From positions 896,001 through 960,000 of the forward strand of contig CBDFJR010000002.1 in NCBI GenBank assembly GCA_965248535.1: a stretch of DNA of 64,000 nucleotides, given 5' to 3'. Positions 32,930 to 43,061 of this stretch are shown here, in pieces. Made by a program: the position numbers and the translations under genes. How positions within the stretch are numbered: position 1 is the stretch's first letter; every line of letters begins with the position of its first letter. The notes beneath the pieces were generated by a model. That model did not search any database. It saw nothing but the letters and a program-made list of their open reading frames with translations, and was not told the origin of the DNA. The stretch is from Phormidesmis sp. (GTDB lineage Bacteria; Cyanobacteriota; Cyanobacteriia; Leptolyngbyales; Leptolyngbyaceae).

Positions 32930-34053
32930 TCGGGTAAGGCCAGACAATCATCTGCGCCCCAGTGCAAATAAATCGGCGTATCGCTACTAGGAGCGTTAAG
33001 CGCGTTAGGTTGCCGAACAGTTAGCTGATCGCCCGATCGTAGCTGCACCACATAGTGAACATGAGTGCCCAGATACATGACGTGCTTGAGCCGCCCTTCA
33101 AAGCAGTTAATCGTGTCATCGGGGGGCGAAAAGCTGACCTGCACCTTTTCGGGGCGCACACTCACGACCACAGCCCCCGATGTGAGCGGCAACCCACTGC
33201 TGTCGGTCGGCTGCACCTTAATTTTTAACCCCTTATCGGTGATGATCCACAGCATGGTAGGGTGAGCACCCTCAATTTTGCCGCGAAATAAATTAGTGTC
33301 TCCGATAAAGTCAGCCACGAAGGGCGTTTGAGGACGATCGTAGATCTGGCTGGGCGTGCCCATTTGCTCGACTTTGCCCTCGACCATAACAGCGATGCGA
33401 TCGGACAGACTCAGCGCCTCTTCTTGATCGTGCGTCACCATCACAAAAGTCACGCCCAATTCTTGATGCAAATTTGATAACTCGACCTGCATTTCTTTGC
33501 GGAGCTTGAGATCCAGTGCTCCTAGAGGCTCGTCTAACAAGACGACAGTCGGACGGTTGACCAGCGCTCGTGCTAAGGCGACGCGCTGCTGCTGCCCCCC
33601 CGACAGTTGAGCCGGAAAGCGGTTAGAAAACCCATCCATTTTCACCAGCTTTAGCGCTTCTTTGACGCGCTCTTGCATCTCTGCCTTGCCGCGTTTTTTG
33701 ATGCGTAGCCCAAAGGCGACGTTTTCCCACACGGTCAAATGGCTAAAGAGAGCATAGTTTTGAAAAACCGTGTTAGCCGGGCGGCGATAGGGCGGCACAT
33801 TGAGCATCGACTGTCCGCGAATCAGCACATCACCAGCCGTAGGGGTTTCAAACCCGGCAATCAACCGCAGCGTGGTGGTTTTGCCACACCCAGACGGGCC
33901 GAGAATGCTAAAGAATTCGCCGCGTTGAATGCTGAGATCAACGCCTCTAACGACCGTATCTCCATTGAACACTTTGAATACTTTCCGCAGTTCAACATCA
34001 AACCCTACCTGGGTGCCTGTGGTTTGCTGATTCTGCGTTGCCGTCTGAGACAT
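32926..34053 (-). CDS. potA: Polyamine ABC transporter ATPase
   Basis: GPSGCGKTT, LSGGQQQRVALARA, LLDEPLGALD. Confidence 0.92.
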   Translation of the reverse strand: MSQTATQNQQTTGTQVGFDVELRKVFKVFNGDTVVRGVDLSIQRGEFFSILGPSGCGKTTTLRLIAGFETPTAGDVLIRGQSMLNVPPYRRPANTVFQNYALFSHLTVWENVAFGLRIKKRGKAEMQERVKEALKLVKMDGFSNRFPAQLSGGQQQRVALARALVNRPTVVLLDEPLGALDLKLRKEMQVELSNLHQELGVTFVMVTHDQEEALSLSDRIAVMVEGKVEQMGTPSQIYDRPQTPFVADFIGDTNLFRGKIEGAHPTMLWIITDKGLKIKVQPTDSSGLPLTSGAVVVSVRPEKVQVSFSPPDDTINCFEGRLKHVMYLGTHVHYVVQLRSGDQLTVRQPNALNAPSSDTPIYLHWGADDCLALPE

Positions 34054-34360
34054 AGTGACGATTTCCTACGGTAGTTCCCGGTCTGCACCGAAAGTATCTT
34101 GCCTGATCCCCGATGAAAATGTTAGATCTAACGTCTGGTCTATCTTACTCGCCTATTTTGGAGTCAGTAAGGGAGATTGTTCGCCTGTTAACGTTCAGGT
34201 AAAGTTATGCAACGAATGATCACAAAACTGTCATCATAAATGGTTAGGTTAGCCTAGATTGCCCATCTCGATCGTTGAATTCCCCACTTAGATTAATCGA
34301 TCTTTATCGCATCTGAACTTTTTTTGTTTACGCTCACCTTAGAGATGTCTGCGGTCAATT

Positions 34361-36184
34361 ATGGCTTTGATTCAATCGCCTCCCACTACGATCGCTCATC
34401 AAAAACACGCCCGTAGTGTCGGCCGCAAAAACCAGGCCCTAACGCTGATGCTAGGAGTCGCTGCCATCTTATTAGGTGGGTTAGGGGGTCGCCTGGCTTA
34501 TCTTCAGCTAATGCAGGGCACCCAAAATCGAGAACTGGCAGAAAGTAATCGGATTCGACTGCTGCCCAAACAGCCAGAGCGCGGCAAGATTCTTGATCGT
34601 AAGGGCAAAATTCTGGCGGGCAGTCGCCTGTCTCACTCGGTCTTTTTGTGGCCGCTGGCTCAAAAGAAAGCTGAGTGGAGCCGAACCCTAAAGCACGTCT
34701 CGCAAATTCTCAATATTCCCGTCGTTGACATTCAAAAGCGCCTAGAGCAAGAAGGCTATAACTCCCCCTACCGAGTGCGAATTGCCCGCAGCATCAGCCC
34801 TCAAAAGGTGACGGCTCTGGCTGAAAACATCGGCGAATTAGACGGGGTGCAGGTCGATGCAGAGGCCGTGCGGAACTATCCCAATGGTGATCTGGCCGCG
34901 CACGTCTTGGGCTACACCGGAGAACTGACCGACGAAGATTTTAAGAAATATCACAAAGACCACTATCGTCTGGGGGATGTGATCGGGCAGATGGGCATTG
35001 AGTCATCGCGTGAGCAAGAGCTTCGGGGTGAGTGGGGCGGTCAACAGGTCGAAGTGGATGGGGCTGGCAACGTCGTCAAGATTTTAGGCGAAAAGCAGAC
35101 TCACGCAGGCAAAGATGTGACACTGACGATCGACCTCGATCTGCAAAAAGCGGCTGAGACGGCCCTAGGCAATCGCAAAGGCTCGATCGTGGCGATCGAC
35201 CCCAACAATGGCGCAATTTTGGCGATGGTTAGCCGTCCGGCGTTTGACCCTAACTTATTCTCAACGCGCATCTCAGAAAAGCAGTGGGCGCAGTTGCAGA
35301 GTGAAGACCATCCCTTTGTCAATCGGGCGTTGCAGGGCTATCCGCCTGCGAGCACCTTTAAGATTGTCACCACCACCGCAGGTCTTGAGTCAGGGAAGTT
35401 TTCGCCCGACACGGTGCTAGCTACGTCGGCATCCATTCGCGTTGGCGGCATTGATTTTGGCGACTGGAATCATGCAGGCTTTGGCCCTCAAGGATTTGTG
35501 GGCGCGCTCACTTGGAGTAGCGACACTTTTTTCTACCAGATCGGCATGGGCGTGGGTGACCAAACCCTGATTCAGTGGACTCGGCGCTTTGGGTTTGGGC
35601 AAAAAACGGGCGTAGAGCTAGGCAATGAAGAAGCCGCAGGTCTAGTGCCCGACAATGAATGGAAGCAAAAAGAAGTCAAGGAAAGCTGGTTTTTGGGCGA
35701 CACGGTGAATATGTCGATCGGGCAAGGTTTTTTGCAATGCACCCCTCTCCAAGTCGCGGGAATGTTTGCCATTGCGGCCAATGGCGGCTATCGCGTCAAG
35801 CTGCATCTGCTCAAAGACAACGAGGCGGCTCAACACTGGCGCGAGTCTCTCAACCTCAAGCCCGAAACCGTGCGGATTTTGCACGAGGGGCTGCGGGGCG
35901 TGGTGAATGGGGGCACGGCAACGGCGGCGTTTAGTGGCACCGATTTGGCGATCGCTGGCAAAAGTGGCACCGCCGAAGATTTTGGACGCGAATCTCACAC
36001 CTGGTTTGGCTCGTTCTCGCCCGTCGATAAACCTCAAATTGTGGTGGTTGCCTTTGGCGAAAACTCTGGCGGCGGGGGCGGCTCGTTTGCGGCTCCGATG
36101 GTGCGACAGGTGTTAGAAGCCTATTTTCACCCTGATAAAGCGCAGAAAAAACAGTCCGACGTGGTGGCTGCACCGAGGGATTAA
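34361..36184 (+). CDS. mrdA: Penicillin-binding protein 2
   Basis: RGKILDR, STFK (SxxK), SSD, KSGT. Confidence 0.92.
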   Translation: MALIQSPPTTIAHQKHARSVGRKNQALTLMLGVAAILLGGLGGRLAYLQLMQGTQNRELAESNRIRLLPKQPERGKILDRKGKILAGSRLSHSVFLWPLAQKKAEWSRTLKHVSQILNIPVVDIQKRLEQEGYNSPYRVRIARSISPQKVTALAENIGELDGVQVDAEAVRNYPNGDLAAHVLGYTGELTDEDFKKYHKDHYRLGDVIGQMGIESSREQELRGEWGGQQVEVDGAGNVVKILGEKQTHAGKDVTLTIDLDLQKAAETALGNRKGSIVAIDPNNGAILAMVSRPAFDPNLFSTRISEKQWAQLQSEDHPFVNRALQGYPPASTFKIVTTTAGLESGKFSPDTVLATSASIRVGGIDFGDWNHAGFGPQGFVGALTWSSDTFFYQIGMGVGDQTLIQWTRRFGFGQKTGVELGNEEAAGLVPDNEWKQKEVKESWFLGDTVNMSIGQGFLQCTPLQVAGMFAIAANGGYRVKLHLLKDNEAAQHWRESLNLKPETVRILHEGLRGVVNGGTATAAFSGTDLAIAGKSGTAEDFGRESHTWFGSFSPVDKPQIVVVAFGENSGGGGGSFAAPMVRQVLEAYFHPDKAQKKQSDVVAAPRD

Positions 36185-36220
36185 AAGGATCAATCCATGC
36201 CTCTACGGAGTTCCCGGTGC

Positions 36221-36529
36221 TTATTTGACTGGGAGAAACGGAAAGAATGTCTTGACGAATTTTCTGAGACGCAGCAGCCCGATCGTCTTTCTCACTTTTG
36301 GCGAGAGTTCGGGCTGGATGGGTGGCCCTATTTGCAGTTCGGCTTGCAGGTCAGCATAGTCGGCAGCCGTTAGGGGTTTGCCATCGATCGGCGATCGGGC
36401 TTCGGTGATAATCTCCGATCTCAGCACCTCTTCGGGCGGGTCATCAGCCGGAGGCAGCGCCAAAGCCGCCAGCGAGTAGAAGGGCGACGAAAGCAGGAGC
36501 AGGCTGAGAATTTGAACCGGTTTCGTCAT
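36221..36529 (-). CDS. Conserved cyanobacterial hypothetical protein
   Basis: Signal-like N-terminus; DPPEEVLRSEIITEARSPIDGKPLTAADY. Confidence 0.7.
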   Translation of the reverse strand: MTKPVQILSLLLLSSPFYSLAALALPPADDPPEEVLRSEIITEARSPIDGKPLTAADYADLQAELQIGPPIQPELSPKVRKTIGLLRLRKFVKTFFPFLPVK

Positions 36530-36566
36530 AGACGGCTGCGGAATTCAACGTCTCTACTATACCCGT

Positions 36567-37247
36567 TCAGGCTGGCTCTAAGCCCGGTGGCAATGGCTCT
36601 TGACAGGTTTGATGGACTTCGACCAGACGTTTGAACAGCCAGGGATAATTTTTTTGATAACTGGAAATTCGGGCCAGGGGACTGAGCAACGCCGCCGCCG
36701 CAATATCTGCCACACTTAAGCGATCGCCTACCAAAAAAGGCTGATCTTGCCAGCGCAGTCTCAACGCCTCTAAGCCAGTCACTAGACGCTTTTCGGCCAA
36801 CTCAACGCTGGCTGAATTAATGCGATATTGCCGCTTCACGACTTGAATCACCATCTGACTCATCAGCGATGGATCAAGGGATTTGCCCTCGCCCGATCGG
36901 AACTGATAATAGACAAATCGAGACGCAATGCCGAGACTTTCATCAAGCCAGTCTTCGAGCAGCCAAGCCTGCGATCGCTCCTCCGCATCTTTTGGAATCA
37001 GGGGCGGCTCAGGACAATAACTCTCTAGAAAGTGAAAAATTTGGGTCGAGTCGGCGATCGCCACGGGCTGTCCTTCAATCTGCGGCATCAACACCGGAAG
37101 GGTAGTCAATCCGCCTGTGAGGGGCTTGAGTTTGAGGGCGTGCAGTCCAGGCGTGAGATTTTCGACTTGATAGGGAATTTGCTTATAGCCCAGTGCCAAT
37201 CGAGCTTTGCGACAATAGTGAGACGTGCTGAATTGCAGAAGCAGCAT
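36567..37247 (-). CDS. Glutathione S-transferase-family protein
   Basis: QFSTSHYCRKARLAL, TLPVL, DST.I, FLVGDRLSVADI. Likely start is the ATG at 37247; the longer ORF call runs into the IS remnant. Confidence 0.88.
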   Translation of the reverse strand: MLLLQFSTSHYCRKARLALGYKQIPYQVENLTPGLHALKLKPLTGGLTTLPVLMPQIEGQPVAIADSTQIFHFLESYCPEPPLIPKDAEERSQAWLLEDWLDESLGIASRFVYYQFRSGEGKSLDPSLMSQMVIQVVKRQYRINSASVELAEKRLVTGLEALRLRWQDQPFLVGDRLSVADIAAAALLSPLARISSYQKNYPWLFKRLVEVHQTCQEPLPPGLEPA

Positions 37248-37299
37248 AGGAATTAGAGATGCCAACGCGTTATTTTCTCGAAATGTCATGGAAATGGGA

Positions 37300-37757
37300 G
37301 AGCCTAAGAACCCGCAAAACCCATCGTGCTCTAGCCATGGGATGTAGCGGGTTCTCGCGCCTGCGACCGCAGGCAGAGTCAATCGTTGGTATAATCATAC
37401 TGTCAAGGTGAAACTCCTTTGCCGTCGTGAAACCGTTAAGACACACCTTCAGGCATCAAGTTAATAGGGCAAAGAGCGGCGAAAACTCTTAAAACAGTCA
37501 GGGATAGCAACGTCTTCCCAACACCAGAGAACCGAATATTGTTTGTGAGTCCGAAAACGTAAGGCGGGGCACGCCTAAACGCTAGGTTCGTATCCTAGTA
37601 CGCTTGGGGAGATCGACTCTCTGGGATTCGCTAAGTTAGACTCGTCAATTGGTGCCATGGCACGGTTGAAAGGTTTAAGCACTGCCGCAAGGATAGTGAA
37701 TTTTAAGGTCATTCGTAGAGCCAAGAATCCCACTCTCTTGAGAGGTGGGAGTGTCAA
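37300..37757 (+). mobile_element. Non-autonomous IS200/IS605-family element without tnpA/tnpB, retaining a putative omegaRNA
   Basis: Right end GAAT-CCCACTCTC-TT-GAGAGGTGGG-AGTG-TCAA follows the IS608-type guide/hairpin/cleavage layout. Left-end hairpin CCCAT...ATGGG is nested in AGAACCCGC/GCGGGTTCT. No credible ORF. Left boundary uncertain. Confidence 0.75.
37401..37757 (+). ncRNA. Putative structured RNA: TnpB omegaRNA scaffold with a 5' structured extension
   Basis: TATAAT at 37390-37395. Hairpins AGGCG-GGGCA-CGCCT, CTAGG-TTCGTAT-CCTAG and a GCAA-loop stem. The segment ACGCTTGGGGAGA...CAAGAATCCC resembles tnpB 3' ends. Confidence 0.55.
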
Positions 37758-37792
37758 TTTAAATGAGTGCCATTGAGTTGAGGGTTTTTGAC

Positions 37793-38518
37793 ATGACTCT
37801 TTCGATCGATCAACTCGATACTGAGCTTTTTTATCCTGACGCTGATGGTTTACCAATGGCAGAGAGCGACCCCGCCCGCGATTATCTCCTCTATGGGGTC
37901 GAAACTCTGAGCCTCTATTTTCAAGCCCGATCGGATGTCTATGTCTCTGGAAATCTATTTATCTACTACAAGCGAGGCGTGCCCGATGCGGTCGTTGCGC
38001 CCGATGTGTTTGTGATTTTTGGGGTCGAAAACAAAAAGCGCCGCAGCTATAAAGCCTGGGAAGAAGGCGGCAAATTGCCCGGCTTTGTGTTAGAAATCAC
38101 TTCTAAAACGACTCAAGAAAACGATGAAGTAGATAAGCCCAAAAAATATCAAAGTCTGGGAGTCACCGAATATTTTCAATATGACCCGACGGGAGATTAT
38201 TTGAGACCTCAGCTAAAAGGGGTGCGCCTGATTGAAAATCGCTATCAGCCGATCGAGGGTCATTTCTCAGATCAGACATTTTCACTGCACAGTCAAACGC
38301 TGGGGCTAGATCTGCGGCTCACCGATGGAGAACTGAGATTTTATGAGCCTGCAACCGATCGACGGCTCTTGAGTCACGCCGAGCTAGACGCAGCCCGACA
38401 GCAAGCCGAACAAGCTCAACAGCAAGCTGTTCCTCGATTGTTGGAGTTAGGGCTAACAGTAGAGCAGATTGCCGCAGCATTAAGCTTGTCTATTGAAGCA
38501 GTCAGACAAATTTCTTGA
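37793..38518 (+). CDS. Uma2-family protein
   Basis: YPDADGLPMAESD, VAPDVFV, FVLEITSKTT, EYFQYDP. Confidence 0.9.
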   Translation: MTLSIDQLDTELFYPDADGLPMAESDPARDYLLYGVETLSLYFQARSDVYVSGNLFIYYKRGVPDAVVAPDVFVIFGVENKKRRSYKAWEEGGKLPGFVLEITSKTTQENDEVDKPKKYQSLGVTEYFQYDPTGDYLRPQLKGVRLIENRYQPIEGHFSDQTFSLHSQTLGLDLRLTDGELRFYEPATDRRLLSHAELDAARQQAEQAQQQAVPRLLELGLTVEQIAAALSLSIEAVRQIS

Positions 38519-38535
38519 GCTAGATCGCTGGATAG

Positions 38536-38595
38536 TTGCATTCCAAACAATCTAACGCTATAGTCTAATCATTCGAGAATATCGAACTAACGAAT
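38536..38595 (+). promoter_or_regulatory. Sigma70-type promoter followed by an ATTCG-N15-CGAAT inverted repeat (RexT-type ArsR operator)
   Basis: TTGCAT (38536)-17 nt-TATAGT (38559); ATTCG at 38571 and CGAAT at 38591. Confidence 0.65.
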
Positions 38596-38748
38596 AACTG
38601 AGTCAAGAGCCGCCTCAACTACCCCAAAAATCGGTTCTAAGACAACTTGCTAGAAGACGGGTTTGACAGCGATCGCTACAACTTTACGTCGTGATGCCAG
38701 TCGCTCTCAGCTTCTAGCCTTCACCCCTACTTTCTCCTACAACCTTTT

Positions 38749-39837
38749 ATGGATCTCTTCACTCCCATTCAGCTAGGGCGATATACGCTCCCTAATCGCA
38801 TTATCATGGCACCTTTAACGCGTTGTCGTGCCGGAGCCGGAAATGTGCCCACGCTTTTGAACGTAGATTACTATGCTCAACGGGCATCGGCTGGGCTGAT
38901 TGTCAGCGAAGGCAGCCAGGTATCTCAGCAGGGTATGGGCTATCCGGCAACGCCAGGCATTTATTCGTCAGAGCAGATTGCTGGTTGGAAACTCGTAACC
39001 GATGCCGTGCATCAAAAGGGCGGACGAATTTTTCTGCAATTGTGGCACGTTGGCAGAAGTTCTCACTCGTCGTTTCAGCCAGGTGGCGCTTTGCCCGTTG
39101 CGCCGAGCGCGATCGCTATTGAGGGCGAGTTGCTCACCTATCAGGGCATGAAGCCCTATGAGACTCCTCGCGCCTTAGAGTTGTCTGAGATTCCTGGACT
39201 GGTTGAACAATTTCGTCAGGGGGCTGAAAACGCTCTGGCAGCAGGCTTTGACGGGGTTGAAATTCACGGGGCAAATGGCTATTTACTCGACCAGTTTTTG
39301 CGGGATGGAGCCAACAAACGCACCGATGAGTATGGAGGCGCGATCGCCAACCGCGCCCGTCTGCCGTTAGAAGTCACTGAAGCTGTGGTTGGCGTTTGGG
39401 GCAGCGATCGGGTGGGCATTCGCCTTTCGCCCAGCAGCACGTTTAACGGGATGTCTGACTCTAACCCCAAAGCGACATTTGGCTATTTGGTCGAGCAACT
39501 CAATCGCTTTAATCTGGCTTATCTGCACTTGTTAGAACCCAGCGAATCTGATTTGAGACATGGAGGAATTGCCGTTCCGACGATCTATTTCCGTCCTATT
39601 TATCAGGGAAATCTGATGGCAAATTGGGACTATGACCAGACCAAAGCCAATGACGCGATCGCCAGTGGCAACGCGGATCTAATCTCCTTCGGCAAAGCGT
39701 TTATCGCTAACCCAGATTTGCCAGAGCGCTTTAAGCTCAATGCACCCTTGAATCCGCCCAACCCAGACACGTTTTATGGCGGTGCTGAACACGGTTACAC
39801 CGATTATCCAACCCTTAAAGAACTGCAAACGGCTTAA
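38749..39837 (+). CDS. Old-yellow-enzyme alkene reductase (NemA-like)
   Basis: NRIIMAPLTRCRA, QLWHVGR, GFDGVEIHGANGYLLDQF, GYTDYP. Confidence 0.95.
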   Translation: MDLFTPIQLGRYTLPNRIIMAPLTRCRAGAGNVPTLLNVDYYAQRASAGLIVSEGSQVSQQGMGYPATPGIYSSEQIAGWKLVTDAVHQKGGRIFLQLWHVGRSSHSSFQPGGALPVAPSAIAIEGELLTYQGMKPYETPRALELSEIPGLVEQFRQGAENALAAGFDGVEIHGANGYLLDQFLRDGANKRTDEYGGAIANRARLPLEVTEAVVGVWGSDRVGIRLSPSSTFNGMSDSNPKATFGYLVEQLNRFNLAYLHLLEPSESDLRHGGIAVPTIYFRPIYQGNLMANWDYDQTKANDAIASGNADLISFGKAFIANPDLPERFKLNAPLNPPNPDTFYGGAEHGYTDYPTLKELQTA

Positions 39838-39895
39838 GTCGCCGCGTGTAGGCAACCACACTTTGTTGAACTTGTAAAATCAGGAGCACCTATCC

Positions 39896-40594
39896 ATGAT
39901 TGAACTTTATTATTGGACAACGCCCAACGGTCACAAAGTCACGATGTTTTTAGAAGAGGCTGAGTTGCCCTATACGATCGTGCCTGTCAACATCGGCGCG
40001 GGCGATCAGTTTAAGCCTGAGTTTCTCAAAATTGCGCCCAATAATCGGATTCCGGCGATCGTCGATCATGCTCCGACGGCCGGGGGCGATCCGATCTCGG
40101 TGTTTGAGTCGGGGGCAATCTTACTCTACCTGGCAGAAAAAACAGGAAAGCTGATTCCATCCGAAATCCGGGGTCGAGTTGAGGTGTTGCAGTGGTTGTT
40201 TTGGCAGATGGGCGGTTTGGGGCCGATGGCCGGACAAAACCATCACTTTAGTCAATATGCGCCCGAAAAAATTCCCTATGCGATCGAGCGCTATGTCAAA
40301 GAGACGGGACGGCTGTATGCCGTGCTCAACCAGCGATTAGCCGAGCGTGAATTTGTCGCAGGTGAGTATTCGATCGCCGACATCGCCGCCTATCCGTGGA
40401 TTGTGCCCCACAAGATTCAGGGTCAAACCTTAGACGATTTTCCCCATCTCAAGCGCTGGTTTGAGGCGATTCAGTCTCGCCCGGCAACGATACGGGCTTA
40501 TGAAAAAGCTGAAGCGTTTAAAAATCAGCAGGTAGATATGGAAAAAGCGCGATCGCTGTTGTTCAACCAATCGGCAACAACGATTCAAAAATGA
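39896..40594 (+). CDS. GST-family disulfide oxidoreductase (YfcG-like)
   Basis: TTPNGHK, PNNRIPAIVD, FESGAIL, WQMGGLGPMAGQ. Confidence 0.93.
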   Translation: MIELYYWTTPNGHKVTMFLEEAELPYTIVPVNIGAGDQFKPEFLKIAPNNRIPAIVDHAPTAGGDPISVFESGAILLYLAEKTGKLIPSEIRGRVEVLQWLFWQMGGLGPMAGQNHHFSQYAPEKIPYAIERYVKETGRLYAVLNQRLAEREFVAGEYSIADIAAYPWIVPHKIQGQTLDDFPHLKRWFEAIQSRPATIRAYEKAEAFKNQQVDMEKARSLLFNQSATTIQK

Positions 40595-40599
40595 AACAC

Positions 40600-40622
40600 G
40601 GGGGCGAATGGCATTTGCCCCC
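40600..40622. repeat. Degenerate GC-rich REP-like hairpin (second family)
   Basis: GGGGGCGAATG-G-CATTTGCCCCC immediately after the stop codon. Confidence 0.5.
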
Positions 40623-40938
40623 ATACGTTGATCATGAAGAACCGTCGCTAAAAAAACGCAAGAATCAACACAAAGCACAAGAATCTATAAGTTGACAATG
40701 CTATAGGCTGAATCTCGTGACCGCTAAAAACCTAAAAGCGGGGTTGCGAGACGTTCTGATTAACATCGCTGCATGGGTGAGGAAATAAACTCTGACTCTA
40801 TGCAAAATAAAAGACTTGATTAATCAGTTAGAAATGGGATGATAACAGTTGAGAACTCCTGCAACGAACGCTACATTCTTGCTTTTGAACACTATGGTAT
40901 CCAAGATTACACATCTTGATTTAATGGAGTGGGCAACG

Positions 40939-42288
40939 ATGATCACGCCTCGACCCGTCAACCCATTGAGCAAATTTGCCCCGATCGTGCTGACCCTCTC
41001 CCTTCTAGGTGGTTGCCGACCAGCAGAGCCACCAGCCGAGGCGGGTCAAGGGGTTCCGGTAAAAATTGCGGCGGTGGAATCGGCGATCGTAGACAACAGC
41101 GAAGGCTATGTGGCTTTTTTAGAATCGCGTCAGTCAGTTGAGCTTAAACCTCGCATTGAGGGGCAAATCTCCCGCATCTTCGTCAAAGCCGGAGACTCGG
41201 TGAAAGAAGGCGACGCGATCATGCAGATCGATCCGCGCAAACAGATTGCCTCAACTCAAGGTGTGGCCGCCTCGGCCGAGTCAGCCGCCGCGACTGTCGA
41301 AACGGCCCGATCGGGGGTTGCAACGGCTCAAGCCAATCTTGAAAACGCTAAAGCCACTCTCAAAACCTATCAAGCCGATCGCGTCGCTAGAGTTGCTGAT
41401 CTCAAGTTTAATCAAGAGCAATATCAGCGATTTAACCAACTCTATAAAGAGGGCGCTACAAATAAGCAGTTGCTCGATCAATACGGCAATTCGCTAGAGG
41501 CAGCGCAGGCTAATCTAGGCGCAGTCGATGCCCGCATTCAAGCCCAACGCGCAGAAGTGGCTTCTAAACAGTCTGAGATTGGCGCAAAACAGTCTGACAT
41601 TGCGCGCACCTCTAAGCTCTATCAGCAGGCTCAGGCAACCACTGACGAGCAAAACGTTGAACTGCAATTTTTTAAAATTTCGGCTCCTTTTGCGGGCACG
41701 ATCGGTGAAATTCCAATTAAAGAGGGTGACTTTGCCGACAAGACAACTAAATTGGCCACGCTGGCCCAAAACAGTCAGCTAGAAGCCAACATTCGCATCC
41801 CGACTGAGAAAGCCCCCCAACTGCGCGTCGGCACTCGCGTTGAGCTATTCAACGACAAAGGGCAAAAAGTGGGCAGCAGTCGCGTGTTTTTCATCTCGCC
41901 CAAAATTGACCAAGAGACGCAATCTGTGCAAATCAAAGCGCTAGTAGACAATTCGACTGAGCAACTCCGCACTAGCCAATACTACAAAGCCAAAGTCGTG
42001 TGGGAGCGCGCTCCCGGTATGCTGGTGCCGATCACGGCGATTTCTCGCATCGCTGGGCAAAACTTTGTCTATGTGGCCGAGCAGGGCGAAAAGAGTTTAG
42101 TAGCCAAACAAAAGCCGATCAAAGTTGGTGTGATTAGCGGCAACAATCAGCAGGTGACAGACGGACTCAAGCCTAGCGATAAAATCATCACGTCTGGCAT
42201 TCAAAAAATCGCCGACGGTGCCCCGATCGTGGATGAAGCCACGATCGCAGTTCCCAAAGAAAAACCGGAGGGCAAGCCTGCTTCCTAA
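40939..42288 (+). CDS. RND efflux membrane fusion protein
   Basis: Lipoprotein-like LLGGC, ELKPRIEGQI..IFVKAGD.V, ISAPFAG. Confidence 0.92.
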   Translation: MITPRPVNPLSKFAPIVLTLSLLGGCRPAEPPAEAGQGVPVKIAAVESAIVDNSEGYVAFLESRQSVELKPRIEGQISRIFVKAGDSVKEGDAIMQIDPRKQIASTQGVAASAESAAATVETARSGVATAQANLENAKATLKTYQADRVARVADLKFNQEQYQRFNQLYKEGATNKQLLDQYGNSLEAAQANLGAVDARIQAQRAEVASKQSEIGAKQSDIARTSKLYQQAQATTDEQNVELQFFKISAPFAGTIGEIPIKEGDFADKTTKLATLAQNSQLEANIRIPTEKAPQLRVGTRVELFNDKGQKVGSSRVFFISPKIDQETQSVQIKALVDNSTEQLRTSQYYKAKVVWERAPGMLVPITAISRIAGQNFVYVAEQGEKSLVAKQKPIKVGVISGNNQQVTDGLKPSDKIITSGIQKIADGAPIVDEATIAVPKEKPEGKPAS

Positions 42289-42342
42289 TCTGTCTCAAGT
42301 GTCCATCCATCAAACCTTCACCCCCTCGCTCGGAGCAATTTT

Positions 42343-43023
42343 ATGAATCTTATCAACTCAGACTCTCAATTGCAGTCAACTGTGCTGGATGTGCCCAGCG
42401 CGATCAAGCAACGGCGATCGATCAAAGCCTTTAAGCCCGATGCGATTGCCCCAGAATTGCTTAAACAGTTAGTCGATTTAACGATCGCGGCACCGAGCAG
42501 CTATAACATTCAATCTTGGCGCATTGTTTTAGTGCAGGGTGACGCACCAAAAGCAGCCCTGACCGCAGCCTGTTGGAACCAGCAGCAAATTGCCCAAGCG
42601 CCCGTCACCTTTGTGTTTGCCGCCGATGCAACTGCTGGAGAAAGCGACCTCACACCCATCTATGAGCAAGGCATCGCCACCGGAGCTTGGACTCAAGGCA
42701 CCGTCGATTACTTCAAAACTGCCATTCCTCAACACCAAATCGGACTGGGCGACAAGCGACGAGAATATGCCATCAAAGACGCGATGATTGCCGCGACTCA
42801 TCTGACGTTAGCGGCTGAAAGTTTGGGCTTATCCACCTGCATGATGAATGGCTGGCTAGAAGATCAAGTGAAAGCCGTCATCGGGGCAGAGACTAATTTG
42901 GATTTGGCGATCGCCGTCGTTGTTCCCGTCGGCTATGCCGCCGAACCCCGCAAAGATCCTGGTCGCCTTCCCTACTCAGCTAACGTGTTTGTAGACAAAA
43001 TCGGCAATCCCTACCCCGGCTAG
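42343..43023 (+). CDS. Nitroreductase-family protein
   Basis: AIKQRRSIKAF, APSSYNIQSW, LAAESLGLSTC. Confidence 0.93.
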   Translation: MNLINSDSQLQSTVLDVPSAIKQRRSIKAFKPDAIAPELLKQLVDLTIAAPSSYNIQSWRIVLVQGDAPKAALTAACWNQQQIAQAPVTFVFAADATAGESDLTPIYEQGIATGAWTQGTVDYFKTAIPQHQIGLGDKRREYAIKDAMIAATHLTLAAESLGLSTCMMNGWLEDQVKAVIGAETNLDLAIAVVVPVGYAAEPRKDPGRLPYSANVFVDKIGNPYPG

Positions 43024-43061
43024 GCTGTTAGACTCCAGCAAATTCTATTGCTCAAAACCTT

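Noticed and set aside
37401..37757. Group I intron (IStron), hammerhead or HEARO/IscB RNA as the identity of the structured element
   Set aside because: No convincing P/Q/R/S cores or CUGAUGA, the site is intergenic, and end polarity fits a TnpB-type right end. Not fully excluded without covariance-model searches.
37575..37856. 93-aa minus-strand ORF and the N-terminal extension of the GST ORF to 37382
   Set aside because: Both overlap the IS-derived element and show no protein motifs.
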